DNA of 64,000 nt from Syntrophorhabdaceae bacterium (lineage in GTDB: Bacteria; Desulfobacterota; Syntrophorhabdia; Syntrophorhabdales; Syntrophorhabdaceae): positions 512,001-576,000 of the forward strand of contig CAXXUO010000002.1 of the NCBI GenBank assembly GCA_963666485.2. Reading direction: 5' to 3'. The position numbers and the translations under genes are program-made. The notes under the pieces were generated by a model. It saw only the letters and a list, made by a program, of their open reading frames with translations, searched no databases and had not been told where the DNA came from. Positions 49,629 to 60,885 of the stretch are shown here, piece by piece (the stretch's first letter is position 1; each line of letters opens with the position of its first letter).

Positions 49629-49988
49629 TTATCCCTTGCCTGGCTTTGATTTTTTCCCGGTTCTCGGGATGAGGTCAAGGCCGAACAGTATCTTCTCGGT
49701 GTCCGCCATGTCGCCAATGAACCTTCTGAGAGGGGACGGAAGCTTCTTGATGAGTGCCGGGGTGGCGACGATCTGTTCCCCGCGGGCAAGGGCAGGCTGC
49801 TGGTAGATATCGATGATCTCCAGCTCATATCTCCCCTTGAGGTGCTCCTCGCAGACGCGCTTCACATTCGCGATAGCATGCTGTGATCTCGGCGTGACCC
49901 CCGTGACATAGAGCCGGAGTATGTATTTCCCGCTTTCGTTCGCAGCCTTTTCAAATGCAGTCCTGCTGTCAACGATGTCGTCCTTCAT
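49629..49988 (-). CDS. kaiB: KaiB-family protein (second copy)
   Basis: [35 protein letters not shown]. True start ATG 49988 overlaps the previous stop. Confidence 0.92.
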   Translation of the reverse strand: MKDDIVDSRTAFEKAANESGKYILRLYVTGVTPRSQHAIANVKRVCEEHLKGRYELEIIDIYQQPALARGEQIVATPALIKKLPSPLRRFIGDMADTEKILFGLDLIPRTGKKSKPGKG

Positions 49989-50320
49989 GCGACCCTCCCC
50001 CGTGATGGCAAAGGACGGAGGTTGAGGCCGACAAGGACCCGCTCCGTATCCGACAGGTCCCCTATTATCTTGCGGACCGGCTCGGGCAATTTCCTGACCA
50101 GGGTCGGTATGGCCAGTATCTGGTCCCCTTTTGCCAGCCTCGGGCTCTCGAGGAGGTCTATCACCTCGATCGCGTACTTTCCGGGAACATGCTCTTCGCA
50201 TATTTTCTTGAGATTAGCGAATGCCGCGAGCGATTTCGGGGTTTGTCCGGCAACATACAACCTCAGTTCCCATGTTGCGGCTTTGCTCTGGTCTTTCTTC
50301 CGGGCTGTGGCCATTGTCAT
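49985..50320 (-). CDS. kaiB: KaiB-family protein (first copy)
   Basis: [35 protein letters not shown]. Confidence 0.95.
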   Translation of the reverse strand: MTMATARKKDQSKAATWELRLYVAGQTPKSLAAFANLKKICEEHVPGKYAIEVIDLLESPRLAKGDQILAIPTLVRKLPEPVRKIIGDLSDTERVLVGLNLRPLPSRGRVA

Positions 50321-52029
50321 TTTCTCCTTCCGTCTTCTCCCCGTGCCTTTCTTATCTCCCTGGTCCTTTCCGACACAGCTTTTTCCCTGTCGTCAAGCTC
50401 GGCTATATGCCTTTCGATATCCTCTTTTTCTGATTCAAATTCAGCCTGCAAGGCGGCAAGGCGCGCCTGTGCAACGAGGCGTCTTCTCTCTATCTGCCGC
50501 TCAAGCCTTTTCTTTTCATCCCGTGCCGCACCCCGCAGCGATTCTTCCTCAGACGCCCGGGCAGCACGAGCGGCGCCGGTCAGTTCGCCCATCACCCCGG
50601 ATCCCACGCCCTGAAGTGCAATGCCCCTGTCCGTAAGCCGGTATTCTCTGAACTGGTTGGAGTGTGCCATGCCCCGGGACTTAATGATGGTAAGCCCCCG
50701 ATTCTTTTCTCCCTGTCCCGCGATATCTTTCAATACTATCCACGTATCCATCAGGGACGAGATGTGCAGAGGCGTGCTCTCGAGAGACTCGCCTGCCTGG
50801 GTCAGGCTCGTGAAGATGCTCGTTATCTTCCTTGCCTTCAAAGTATCGGCAAATCGCGTAAGCATCGATTTCACGTCCTGGTTCAATGCGACCGATACAA
50901 AATTCGTGATGGGATCAACGACAACAACATCGGGCCTGAAGGTGTCAAGAAGGCCGATCATCTTGAGAAGGTGGGCCTCAAGCCCCTGGATCGTCGGCCG
51001 CATCGACCGTATCATAAGTTTTCCGCTTTTAACGCATGCCCCGAGATCGAGCCCTGCCGACTGCATATTGCGCACTATCTGGCGGGGTGATTCTTCAAAG
51101 GCATATATCAGGCATTTCTCATTTCTCTTGCATGCCGCCGCGCCGAAATGCGCGGCAAGCGTCGACTTCCCCGTTCCCGCCGTTCCCGACACGAGCACGC
51201 TGCTTCCCTTGAGAAACCCCTTTTTCCCGAACATTGCATCGAGGTCTTCAATCCCCGTCGAAACGCGCTCGCGCGAGACATCGTAATCGAGCCCGGCCGA
51301 CGTGACGGGCAGTATCGAGATGCCGCCTTCGTCAATGAGGAACGGATACTCGTTGGTGCCGTGATATGATCCCCGGTATTTCACGACGCGCAGCCGCCGG
51401 GTCGAGATCTGGTCATCAACCCGATGGTCAAGAAGGATGACGCAATCCGCCACGTATTCCTCGAGCCCGAACCGGCTTAAGCCCCGGGTCCCGCGTTCGC
51501 CCGTCACGAGCGCGGTCACCCCTTTTTGCTTGAGCCACCTGAAGAGCCGGCGCAGCTCGGCCCTGATGATGTTCTCGTTCGGCAAACCCGCGAAAAGCAC
51601 CTCGATCGTGTCGAGGACGACCCGTGTGGCCTTTGTCGAGTCAATCGCGTAATTGAGGCGGAGAAAAAGCCCTTCGAGGTCATATTCCCCTGTTTCCTCG
51701 ATCTCGGACCGTTCAATATAGACATAATCCAGGTTAAGTTTCTTTTTCCTGACAAGCCCCTCGACATCAAAGCCAAGCGAGTGCACGTTTGTCGCCAGTT
51801 CTTCGCCTGTTTCTTCAAACGCCATGAATACGCCGGGTTCGTTATATTTCAGCGCCCCGTTGATAAGGAACTGCATGCCGAAAAGGGTCTTTCCGGAGCC
51901 CGCCGCTCCCGTAATGAGCGTGGGACGGCCCCTGGGTATGCCGCCGCGCGTCACTTCATCGAGGCCCGTGATCCCGGTCGGGCATTTCTTCAGTTCAACA
52001 TCGTGTGAGGGAATCTTTTTTCCCGGCAT
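50317..52029 (-). CDS. kaiC: Circadian clock protein KaiC homologue (double domain, KaiC2-like)
   Basis: [33 protein letters not shown]; phosphosite region HISSLMDT; C-terminal coiled coil. Confidence 0.96.
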   Translation of the reverse strand: MPGKKIPSHDVELKKCPTGITGLDEVTRGGIPRGRPTLITGAAGSGKTLFGMQFLINGALKYNEPGVFMAFEETGEELATNVHSLGFDVEGLVRKKKLNLDYVYIERSEIEETGEYDLEGLFLRLNYAIDSTKATRVVLDTIEVLFAGLPNENIIRAELRRLFRWLKQKGVTALVTGERGTRGLSRFGLEEYVADCVILLDHRVDDQISTRRLRVVKYRGSYHGTNEYPFLIDEGGISILPVTSAGLDYDVSRERVSTGIEDLDAMFGKKGFLKGSSVLVSGTAGTGKSTLAAHFGAAACKRNEKCLIYAFEESPRQIVRNMQSAGLDLGACVKSGKLMIRSMRPTIQGLEAHLLKMIGLLDTFRPDVVVVDPITNFVSVALNQDVKSMLTRFADTLKARKITSIFTSLTQAGESLESTPLHISSLMDTWIVLKDIAGQGEKNRGLTIIKSRGMAHSNQFREYRLTDRGIALQGVGSGVMGELTGAARAARASEEESLRGAARDEKKRLERQIERRRLVAQARLAALQAEFESEKEDIERHIAELDDREKAVSERTREIRKARGEDGRRK

Positions 52030-52234
52030 ACGGATATCCTCCTCCCGGTCATCCTGTGATCATAATAATATCATAATAATACGATGATCTATAGTCACGC
52101 ATGTCAATCGCCCTGCCACGTAAAGGCAAATCGGAATCTGAAAAGGTCGGAATTTAAGAAACCATACCACTGACCCTCGTGTTCGTCAACACCCCGTGCG
52201 CTTAACCCTTCTCCCAAGCCCCGTCAGCACGTGC

Positions 52235-52262
52235 TTGACACATTTTTTCTCCGTTCTATATT
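52235..52262 (+). promoter_or_regulatory. Putative sigma70 promoter of the HAMP hybrid kinase
   Basis: TTGACA-N16-TATATT. Confidence 0.55.
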
Positions 52263-52338
52263 TAAATGGCGGATATCTTTCTTGTATTGCATGAATTGAG
52301 AACATGCGCCGCCATATTCCGGAGGTCAGCCAGGCAGG

Positions 52339-54384
52339 ATGCAGATAAGGAAAAAGCTGCAGATAAATGCAATCGTATCATTATTGTCTGTTGTAATAAT
52401 CGCATTAATACTGTTCGTCGGTGCCTATCGCATGAACAGCGCTTTTCATGACCTTATCCTGGCGGACAGAATAATGACCGGTCTGTTCCAGCAGAACGAA
52501 CTGCTCGGTGATTATTTGAGAAGCGACAGCGATCAGGCACAAAGACGGCTCATCGCCGAACAACGGAAAACTACCGATCTCATAAGAACAGCCGCCGGGA
52601 CCTTTACCGAAAGGAACGAGAAGAAGATAACCGAAAAAATGCTTGCGGATGACGGGTCGATCAATAAGATATTTTCCGATATCGTCGGCAACCGTGAAAG
52701 GTCGGTATCGGGAGGTACGCCAAGGAAGAGCTTTAGATCTGTCGAAGACCGGCTGCTCACCCGGCTCAATATCCGGTCGTATAACATGGTCCTTGACATA
52801 CAGGCGCTGAGAGCTTCCGCCGAACGGCGTTTCGTCGGGGAATTGCGGCGCACATGGGTCAGCCTCGGCATCGTTATCATGATCGTCGTCGCGATGATCG
52901 TGATAAATTCACTGACTATAGGCAGGTTCATCATAAACCGGATAAACAACCTCAGGCAGGGGTCGCAGATCGTGGGAGAAGGCAATCTCGATCATCGCAT
53001 CGATCTTAAGGGCGATGATGAGTTCGCAGAATTTGCGCGATCGTTCGACCGGATGACAGAGAACCTGAACAGGAGCCGCATCGGGCTCGAGCAGGAAATA
53101 GCCGAAAGGGTTCTCGCGGAAGAAGCCCTGCGTTTGAATCAGAGTGAGCTTGAACTGCGGGTCGGGGAGAGAACGCGGGAGTTGAAACAGGCCTATGACC
53201 GGCTGAAGAAGGAAACGGAAGACCGTCAGCACGCCGAGGGGCAAGTGCGCAGGATGCAGAAACTGGAGGCCCTGGGGACCCTCGCCGGAGGGATAGCGCA
53301 CGATTTCAATAATATCCTGGAGGGCATAATAGGATTTGCCGAGATGGTCCTCGAAGACACGCCGCCGGGAAGCCGGGAACATCGAAGGATCGGGCTCGTA
53401 CTCAAAGGGGCGTACAGGGGGCGCGATCTCGTCAGGCAGATCCTGACATTCAGCCGGCAGGCGGAACATAACAAAAAACCGCTTCTCTTGGGTCTCATAG
53501 TCGAAGAAGCGATGAAGCTTTTAAGACCAACCCTGCCGTCTACCATAGAACTCGTGTACAGGAACCCTGACCCGGAAGGCCGGATATGTGCCGATACCGT
53601 GCAGATGCACCAGGTCGTTATGAACTTGTGCACCAATGCAGCGCATGCCATGCGTGACAGGGGGGGCAGACTCGATATCGAGATCGCGCGTGATTCGTTC
53701 ACAGCCGATTCGCTGCCAATGCCGGAAATGGCTCCGGGCAATTACGTTATCCTGAGAGTGAGCGATACCGGCGTAGGGATGGGAGCGGATGTCCAGGAGC
53801 AGATCTTTGACCCTTTTTTTACAACGAAAAAAGAAGGTGAAGGGACCGGTCTCGGGCTTTCCGTAACGTACGGGATCATCAAAGACCACAACGGCTACAT
53901 TGCAGTCGACAGTACCCCGGGCATAGGATCGACCTTCACGGTCTACATGCCCCGGATCGAGGACAGTGCCGCATCCGATGACGAAAAGGCCGGCGTGCCG
54001 CGAGGAGGGCTTGAACGCATTCTTTTTGTCGATGACGAAGACATGCTCGTCGAGCTGAACAAACAACGGCTTGCCAGGCTTGGGTACGATGTTGCGACCG
54101 CAACGAGCAGCATCGAAGCGCTGCGCATCTTCCAGGGATCGCCCGACAGCTTCGACCTTATCATCACAGATCAGACAATGCCGAACCTCACGGGCCTCGA
54201 TCTTGCCGCCGAGATATTGAAGATCAGACCGGACGCCCGGATCATCCTGTGCACCGGCCACAGTGACAGGGTTTCGCCGGAGGTCGCTCAAAAAGCCGGC
54301 ATCAGGCTCTTCCTCATGAAACCGGTCGACAGCCATGAAATGGCCGATGCCGTCCGCACGGTGCTGGAAGGCGGCAATTCCTAA
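52339..54384 (+). CDS. Membrane hybrid histidine kinase (TM-periplasmic-TM-HAMP-HisKA-HATPase-REC)
   Basis: Two TM helices, HAMP (DEFAEFARSFDRM), GGIAHDFNN, REC VDDE/TDQTMP/KP. Confidence 0.93.
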   Translation: MQIRKKLQINAIVSLLSVVIIALILFVGAYRMNSAFHDLILADRIMTGLFQQNELLGDYLRSDSDQAQRRLIAEQRKTTDLIRTAAGTFTERNEKKITEKMLADDGSINKIFSDIVGNRERSVSGGTPRKSFRSVEDRLLTRLNIRSYNMVLDIQALRASAERRFVGELRRTWVSLGIVIMIVVAMIVINSLTIGRFIINRINNLRQGSQIVGEGNLDHRIDLKGDDEFAEFARSFDRMTENLNRSRIGLEQEIAERVLAEEALRLNQSELELRVGERTRELKQAYDRLKKETEDRQHAEGQVRRMQKLEALGTLAGGIAHDFNNILEGIIGFAEMVLEDTPPGSREHRRIGLVLKGAYRGRDLVRQILTFSRQAEHNKKPLLLGLIVEEAMKLLRPTLPSTIELVYRNPDPEGRICADTVQMHQVVMNLCTNAAHAMRDRGGRLDIEIARDSFTADSLPMPEMAPGNYVILRVSDTGVGMGADVQEQIFDPFFTTKKEGEGTGLGLSVTYGIIKDHNGYIAVDSTPGIGSTFTVYMPRIEDSAASDDEKAGVPRGGLERILFVDDEDMLVELNKQRLARLGYDVATATSSIEALRIFQGSPDSFDLIITDQTMPNLTGLDLAAEILKIRPDARIILCTGHSDRVSPEVAQKAGIRLFLMKPVDSHEMADAVRTVLEGGNS

Positions 54385-57300
54385 AGCACCCTGTCGAGCC
54401 CTTGTGTAATTTCGAGCCCCTCCTCAAGCGCCATCTCAAGCTCATGAAGGGGCGGTTCGCAGTCAGCGCCTTCCCGTATCGCCGTCTCCAGGTTCAAGGC
54501 CGTGCGGTTGACGTCGTAGGCCGACAGGGTCGACGCGGTTCCTTTCAGGGTGTGGGTGAGCGTCCGTGCCCCCTCGCGGTCGCCCTTCTCGAGGCGTGCC
54601 CTGATGTCTGCCGGGACAGAGACGTTCTTCCTGAAGAAGCCGACAAGGAGCTTCTTATAGAGCTCCTCCTTCCCCATGAGGCGGCGTATCCCCGCGTCCA
54701 TGTCGATGCCGGGCAGGCGTGTCGATGCGACGGGGGGTGGGCTGTAGGCAGGGGAAGACTCTTCCGTCAGGCTCTCCTTCGTCCACCTTGCGAGCATGGT
54801 CACAAGGAGGTGGGGCTCGATGGGCTTCGGGATGTAGTCGTTCATCCCCGCCTCGAGGCAGGCCTCCCGGGCCCCTCCCATCGCGTGGGCGGTCATGGCG
54901 ATGACGGGCAGGGTAAGTCCCCTGTCTCTCAAGAGGCGGGCCGCCTCGTATCCCCCCATGACGGGCATCTCGATGTCCATGAGGATGACGTCGCAGGCAC
55001 CCTTCAAGGCCATGTCAAGGGCTTCTTTCCCGTTGAGCGCATGGGTGACGGACGCGCCGGCCTCCTTCAGGATCTCTATCGCCACCTCGGCGTTCACCTG
55101 GTTGTCCTCGGCAAGGAGGACGCGGGTGCCGGTTAAGGCCCCCTTGATATCGGGGGCGAGGGAGCCGGCGAGGTCGATGATCGTCTCGTCCTTCCCCGGG
55201 TAGGGGAAGGCGACAGGGAAGGTGAACTCGGTGCCCTTCCCGGGTGCGCTTTTCACCGTGAGCTTTGAGCCCATGAGCTCGAGGATCTGCCGGGATATGG
55301 CAAGCCCTAAGCCCGTCCCCCCGTATTTGCGGGTGATCGAGTCGTCCGCCTGGGCGAAGGCGTCGAAGATGACGGAGAGCTGCTCGGCCGTCATGCCGAT
55401 GCCCGTGTCCCTGACGGTGAACTTAAGGACGCAGGAGGCGTCGTCCCGGGATAGGACCTCCGCCTTTAAGAGGACGTAGCCCTCGGGGGTGAACTTGACC
55501 GCGTTGTTGATGATGTTCGTTAAGACCTGGGTCAAGCGGTAGGGGTCGCCCTTCACATGGGGAGGGATACCGGGGGAGATGTCGGAGATGACCCCGATGC
55601 CCTTCTCGGATGCGAGGACGGACATGATGCCGGTCAAGCCTGTGACCATGTCGGCAAAGGCGAAGGGGACGGACTCCACCTTTAACTTGCCCGCCTCTAT
55701 CTTCGCGAAGTCGAGGATGTCGTTGATGAGCTGGAGGAGGATCTTCGCGGAGAGGTGGATCCTCCCGGCGTAGCCTGACTGCTTCGTGTCGAGGGCCGTG
55801 CGGGAGATGAGCCCGGAGAAGCCTAAGATGGCGTTCATGGGGGTGCGGATCTCGTGGCTCATCTTCGCGAGGAACTCGCCCCGGGCTTTCGTGGCCGCCT
55901 CGGCCGCCTCCTTGGCGATGCGCATCTGCCCGGACCGCCTCTTCTCGGTTATGTCCTGCACCATGCCCTCGATGTAGAGGGGGGAGCCCTTTGCGTCCCT
56001 CACTGTGTGGGCGTTCATCGTGAGCTCGATCGGGGCGCCGTCTAAGCGCACGGCGGTGAACTCGAAGCCGCTGACGGTGCCCGAGGAGGAGAGCTCGTCG
56101 AGGAACAGGGTGTATTTCAAGGGGTCGGCAAAGATCTCGGCGTAGAGGTCGGGGACGGCCCGTATGAGCTCGGCGGGGGAGGCATAGCCGAGCATCCGCG
56201 CAAGGGATGGGTTCACAAGAAGGGGCCTTCCCTGTAAGTCGGACTGGAAGATGCCCTCCGCGGCGTTCTCGACTATCGAGCTGTAGCGCTCCTCCGCCTC
56301 CTTGAGGCCCGCATAGAGCAAGGCGTTCTGGAGGGATATGGCGATCTGGGAGGAGAGTATGGAGAGGACCTCGACCCTCTCGGGGGTGAAGGCTCCTGCG
56401 ACGGAGGTGTTCTCAAGGTAGAGAAGGCCCAGGGTCCTTGCCTGGCGTATGATGGGCATGCACAGGATGGATAAGGGGTGGTTCTTTAAGACGTAGGAGT
56501 CCCTCAAGAACATGCCCTCTGTAGAGGCATTGCTCAAGATGACGGGCCGGGAGGTCCTGTCGGCGTAGCGGATGACGGCAGGGCAGATGTCGCCGCAGTC
56601 GTTAAGGGGGAGGTTCTCGTGAAGGGTCGTGCCGTCCCTTGAGCTCTTCGCCCTCACGACGAGGCCGTTCGACACCTTGAGGATGAGGGCGCCCCTGTTC
56701 GCGCCTGCGTTCTCCATGACGGTCGTCATAAGGGAACCGATGAGCTCGTCGAGGACGATCTCCTGGGAGATGGCCTGGGAGGCCTTCGTGACGGAGGCGA
56801 GGTCGAAGAGCGCCCCCGTCGTGCCTGAAGACGACGGGGATGCGGCTTCAGCCGCATCCGCCCGAAGGGGCCTTGCGAAGGATGGCGCGGCAGGGAGAAT
56901 GCGGCGGTAGGTCTCCTCGAGCTGCCTCACCTTGGCGGCCGCACCCCAGCGGTCATACAGGTAGCGGGCCTCGGCGAGGTAGACCGCGGCGATCTTCGGC
57001 TTGTCGAGCGACAGGTAGAACCTTCCCGCCAGCTCATTGGCCAGGGCCTCCTCGTTGATGTACCGGTTCTCCCCTGCCAGCTTTATGGCCCGGTCGTAAA
57101 GATCCATGGCATCAGGGATATTGCCCTTTATCCTGCCCAGCTCGGCCTCAATGAGCAGGATCTTGTGCTGATAGTTCATGGGGGCGTGTTTACCCCAAAC
57201 ATGCAACGATTGCAGGTTGCGCTCGACCCTCTCGAAGACCTGGTCGCGCTCCTCGGCTGATGTGCTCTCTATGACGGCCAGGTGGGCAAGGGAATCGAAA

Positions 57301-60300
57301 AAAGGATAAAAACCAACGTGCGCGGTGCCTGTGCGGGCCTTGAGGTATTTCTCGGCTATCAGGGAGAGTTCCACGGCCTTCTTCCGGTCAAAAATTATAC
57401 AGAGAACAAGCCTGAGGAAGAACAGGTCAAAAACAGCAGAAAGGTCCTTGGTCTGCTGATGCACGGGAAGCATCTCCTCTTCCCGGTAGGATTCGCCGGA
57501 GAGCACGCCCGGATCGTCGGACAGGACGCGCAGGTTATGGACATACTGGCGGAACATTTGACAGCAGTTGAGGGACTTTTCATTTTTTATCCTGGCCATG
57601 GTTTGAGCATAATGTACCAGTTCTTTTTCTATTTCCCCCAGTTCAACCCCGGCGATACAGGCATTCCTCAGGTAAGCTACCAGGGCCACTCCGGCGTAAT
57701 AAAAATTGCCGTTCTCCAATCCGATGCGAAACCCTCTCAGTCCCGGGGCAAACGTCGTCCTCAGGTGATCTATCCGGTGGTAACCAAAATTGGCATTGGC
57801 GAACTGCATGACGGCCTCATCCAGGCTCGAGTCGGGCCGGGTTTCCAGAAGCTCCGTTATTCTCCACAGGTCCATGCCGCGTTCCACCCTGTTCATGAGC
57901 CCGGTGAGGAACACCGCCGCGTACACACCCAGGATCATCCTGCTGCTCCCGCAGGCCACCCTGTTTCCGACCAGCAGGCTCACCGCCTTGAAATCAAGAA
58001 CGGCAAGCATTTCCGGGTAGCCGACATAGCAGACGCTGACCAGGCAATCGACAAGACCACATAGTGCGAGCAGGAGGGGATCGGTCAGCTCAGGAAAATT
58101 CGCGATCTCCTCGGTGGTCTTCCCTGCCAGCATGGACTCGGCCTCCGTAAAGGCCTGCATGAAATCCTGCTGCGTGGGGCTGCGGGGGACCTTGAAATCC
58201 AGGCCTTCGAGGGCCTGCAAGCCGATATCGAGGGCTTGAGGCAGCATTGCCCTCGCTGAGAGAGAATTGATCTTGATGACAGAGAACGGCACTTTGTCGA
58301 TGAGCGTCCGGGCGTTTTTGAGGATCATGTTGCCCAGGCGGTCCATCTCTTCATGGTCCGACGACAGGTAGGCGGCTTCGGCGGCGTCCGTGTGGATAGC
58401 CAGGGTAAAGTCGTAACGGCTGCGCCATGAGTCCTCATCGAGGAGGTCGATGCCGGAACGGAAAAACTGGTACGCAGGGGCAAAGGCAGCGGATTCCCTG
58501 GCTTTCCTTCCCGCCCTGTGATTGAGTTCGGCTATCTTTTGCCTTTCTTCGGCAGAGGTTATCTCCTTGTTCCCTTTGTTGAACTGATCGAGGATGGTAA
58601 AAAGATTTACTTCCCGCTCCTCGCCGGGAATGCCGGCGAGAAGGAGCCGGCCTGCCCTGAGGTGCTCGGCGGGCAGCTCATCCTTCTTGATCATTCCGTA
58701 GGCACCCTGCTGAATGCGGTCGTGGGAAAAGGTAAAGGCGTTGTCCTTGAGCGGGATGACGAAACCCTCATGGATGGCTTCGTCAAGGTCCCTGACAAGT
58801 TCTTCCGCCGGCCTTTCAGCAAGGATGGATAATTTTTCCAGGCTAAAAACATTCCCCAGCATGGAGGCATATTGCAGGTATCTCCTGGTATCCGCGTGCA
58901 GTTTGCCGATCCTGCCCATGATCAACTGGACGACATTATCGGTAAACCTCTTCGCGTGAATCCCCGGGATATCCCAGTACCATGCGCGTTTCCCGGCGTC
59001 AAAGCCGAGGAGGTCCTCCGCGTGGAGGGCCTTCAAGAACTCGCCCACAAAGAAAGGATTGCCCCCGGTCTTCTCCTGGACAAGGCCGGAAAGAGAGTCA
59101 ATGTCGCCTGGCGGCCGATGGACGATGTCCGCGATGATATCTGCGGTATAATGTGCCTTGAGGGGCCCGACGGTGATGCGTTCCAGGAATTGTCCGGGTA
59201 TGTGGCTCACCATTTCCATGAACGGGTGCGTTTCTTCCACCTCGTTGTCCCGGTAGGCCAAAACGAGGAGCAATGCCCCGCTGTCGATGCTCATCATTGT
59301 CTCGATGAGGCCGAGGGACGGCAGGTCGGCCCATTGAAGGTCGTCAAGGAAAATAACGAGGGGATGGTCCTGTCTGCAGAAGACGGTGATAAAATCATGG
59401 AAGACCACCTTCAGGCGGTTCTGGGCAGCCTGCGGATCGAGAACGGCAACGGGATTTTGAAGACCGGTGATGAGTTCGAGTTCGGGAATAAGGTCGATCA
59501 TGACCCGGCAGTTCGAACCCAACGCCGCAATGATCTTCTCCCGCCACCGGGAGAGGCCCTCGTCCGGTACCGCGAGGATCTGCCTGACGAGCTCCCGGAA
59601 TGCGCCGATTATTGCACTGTACGGTGTGGCGCGGACAAGCTGGTCAAATTTTGAGGAGATGAACCACCCGTTCCTTTCGGCGAGATGACGGCCCATCTCC
59701 CTGATGAGCGATGTCTTACCGATGCCCGGGGCGCCGGATACGAGGAGCATCACCTTCTGCCCCGTCGCAGCGCGCTCGAGGGTCGTCCGGAGCATATCCA
59801 TTTCAGCGCCGCGCCCGTAGAGCTTCGAGGGGAGGATGAACCTGTCCGGGACATCATTGAGGGCTATCGGGAAGGGATCGATCCTCCCTGTCCCCTTCAG
59901 TCTCGCCAGGCACTCCTCGAGATCGGCCTTGACGCCCGCGGCGCTCAGGTAACGGTCCTCGGGATTCTTGGACAGGAGCTTCATAATGATCGACGAGATC
60001 ATCTTCGGTACCCGCGAGTCTATCTCACAGGGAGGGACTGCTGCCCGGGCTATGTGAGCATGTATAAGCGCGAAAGGGTCCGCAATCGGGAAGGGGAGGC
60101 TTCCCGTCAGCATCTCGTAGAAGGAGACGCCCAGGGAGTACAGGTCTGTCCGCCAGTCGACACGGCGGTTTATACGGCCTGTCTGCTCGGGTGAGATATA
60201 CGCCATCGTGCCCGGCAAAAGATTGGCGGTATCGGGGATGGCCCCTGTCTTTGTCAGGGGCGCGGCGGTCTCGAGATCGATCATCTTAAGTTGTTCTGTT

Positions 60301-60725
60301 GCCGGGTTGTACACGAAATTGGAGGGATTGATGTCCCCGTGCAGGACCCCGGATCCATGTAATTCACAGAGACAGTCCGTCATGTGGACGGCAAGAGAAA
60401 GGAACTGCCCGATCGGCAGCGGTTCTTTTCGTGATCGTATGTACTGCCCGACACTGGTCCCGCCGAAATCTTCGAGGACCAGGTAAAAGCATTTTCCGTA
60501 TTCTTTAAAATAGTGCACATCGATGACGTTCACGAGCGGTGCACAGGCCGAAAGCATCTCGTATTCGTGCATCATCCGGGCAATCTCATCTTTGCCCGGA
60601 TGTTCGTTCTTCATAAGCTTCAGAATGACTGACCGGCCGGTGGCATTGTCTTCGGCACGGTAGACGATCGTCTTGCCATTCTCGTAGAGCTTTTCACCGA
60701 TAGTAAAACCCGGAAGTGGTATCAT
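54381..60725 (-). CDS. Multidomain Ser/Thr kinase-AAA ATPase-TPR-like-GAF-PAS-histidine kinase-REC-HPt protein
   Basis: HGDINPSN, YISPEQTGR, GAPGIGKT, LDDLQWAD, GAF (YLEN...AFT), SHEIRTPMN, MDIEMP, HTLKG. Start 60725 preferred over 60785. Confidence 0.92.
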   Translation of the reverse strand: MIPLPGFTIGEKLYENGKTIVYRAEDNATGRSVILKLMKNEHPGKDEIARMMHEYEMLSACAPLVNVIDVHYFKEYGKCFYLVLEDFGGTSVGQYIRSRKEPLPIGQFLSLAVHMTDCLCELHGSGVLHGDINPSNFVYNPATEQLKMIDLETAAPLTKTGAIPDTANLLPGTMAYISPEQTGRINRRVDWRTDLYSLGVSFYEMLTGSLPFPIADPFALIHAHIARAAVPPCEIDSRVPKMISSIIMKLLSKNPEDRYLSAAGVKADLEECLARLKGTGRIDPFPIALNDVPDRFILPSKLYGRGAEMDMLRTTLERAATGQKVMLLVSGAPGIGKTSLIREMGRHLAERNGWFISSKFDQLVRATPYSAIIGAFRELVRQILAVPDEGLSRWREKIIAALGSNCRVMIDLIPELELITGLQNPVAVLDPQAAQNRLKVVFHDFITVFCRQDHPLVIFLDDLQWADLPSLGLIETMMSIDSGALLLVLAYRDNEVEETHPFMEMVSHIPGQFLERITVGPLKAHYTADIIADIVHRPPGDIDSLSGLVQEKTGGNPFFVGEFLKALHAEDLLGFDAGKRAWYWDIPGIHAKRFTDNVVQLIMGRIGKLHADTRRYLQYASMLGNVFSLEKLSILAERPAEELVRDLDEAIHEGFVIPLKDNAFTFSHDRIQQGAYGMIKKDELPAEHLRAGRLLLAGIPGEEREVNLFTILDQFNKGNKEITSAEERQKIAELNHRAGRKARESAAFAPAYQFFRSGIDLLDEDSWRSRYDFTLAIHTDAAEAAYLSSDHEEMDRLGNMILKNARTLIDKVPFSVIKINSLSARAMLPQALDIGLQALEGLDFKVPRSPTQQDFMQAFTEAESMLAGKTTEEIANFPELTDPLLLALCGLVDCLVSVCYVGYPEMLAVLDFKAVSLLVGNRVACGSSRMILGVYAAVFLTGLMNRVERGMDLWRITELLETRPDSSLDEAVMQFANANFGYHRIDHLRTTFAPGLRGFRIGLENGNFYYAGVALVAYLRNACIAGVELGEIEKELVHYAQTMARIKNEKSLNCCQMFRQYVHNLRVLSDDPGVLSGESYREEEMLPVHQQTKDLSAVFDLFFLRLVLCIIFDRKKAVELSLIAEKYLKARTGTAHVGFYPFFDSLAHLAVIESTSAEERDQVFERVERNLQSLHVWGKHAPMNYQHKILLIEAELGRIKGNIPDAMDLYDRAIKLAGENRYINEEALANELAGRFYLSLDKPKIAAVYLAEARYLYDRWGAAAKVRQLEETYRRILPAAPSFARPLRADAAEAASPSSSGTTGALFDLASVTKASQAISQEIVLDELIGSLMTTVMENAGANRGALILKVSNGLVVRAKSSRDGTTLHENLPLNDCGDICPAVIRYADRTSRPVILSNASTEGMFLRDSYVLKNHPLSILCMPIIRQARTLGLLYLENTSVAGAFTPERVEVLSILSSQIAISLQNALLYAGLKEAEERYSSIVENAAEGIFQSDLQGRPLLVNPSLARMLGYASPAELIRAVPDLYAEIFADPLKYTLFLDELSSSGTVSGFEFTAVRLDGAPIELTMNAHTVRDAKGSPLYIEGMVQDITEKRRSGQMRIAKEAAEAATKARGEFLAKMSHEIRTPMNAILGFSGLISRTALDTKQSGYAGRIHLSAKILLQLINDILDFAKIEAGKLKVESVPFAFADMVTGLTGIMSVLASEKGIGVISDISPGIPPHVKGDPYRLTQVLTNIINNAVKFTPEGYVLLKAEVLSRDDASCVLKFTVRDTGIGMTAEQLSVIFDAFAQADDSITRKYGGTGLGLAISRQILELMGSKLTVKSAPGKGTEFTFPVAFPYPGKDETIIDLAGSLAPDIKGALTGTRVLLAEDNQVNAEVAIEILKEAGASVTHALNGKEALDMALKGACDVILMDIEMPVMGGYEAARLLRDRGLTLPVIAMTAHAMGGAREACLEAGMNDYIPKPIEPHLLVTMLARWTKESLTEESSPAYSPPPVASTRLPGIDMDAGIRRLMGKEELYKKLLVGFFRKNVSVPADIRARLEKGDREGARTLTHTLKGTASTLSAYDVNRTALNLETAIREGADCEPPLHELEMALEEGLEITQGLDRVL

Positions 60726-60885
60726 GGTATCGTGGCCTGGTCCGGGAGGGAACTTTCCGTTCTTCCTGGCATGCTTTACGTACATTTTAAAGAATTACAG
60801 CAAAATCGCAACCATTATTCGGTGACGCCAGGCTCTTTTATTTGCCTCATACCTTCTCATCAGCCGGGATGTACAAAGGTCCGGT

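Noticed and set aside
49989..50201. N-terminal extension of the second KaiB (190-aa ORF call)
   Set aside because: It overlaps the first kaiB in another frame; ATG 49988 has an RBS and a stop-start overlap.
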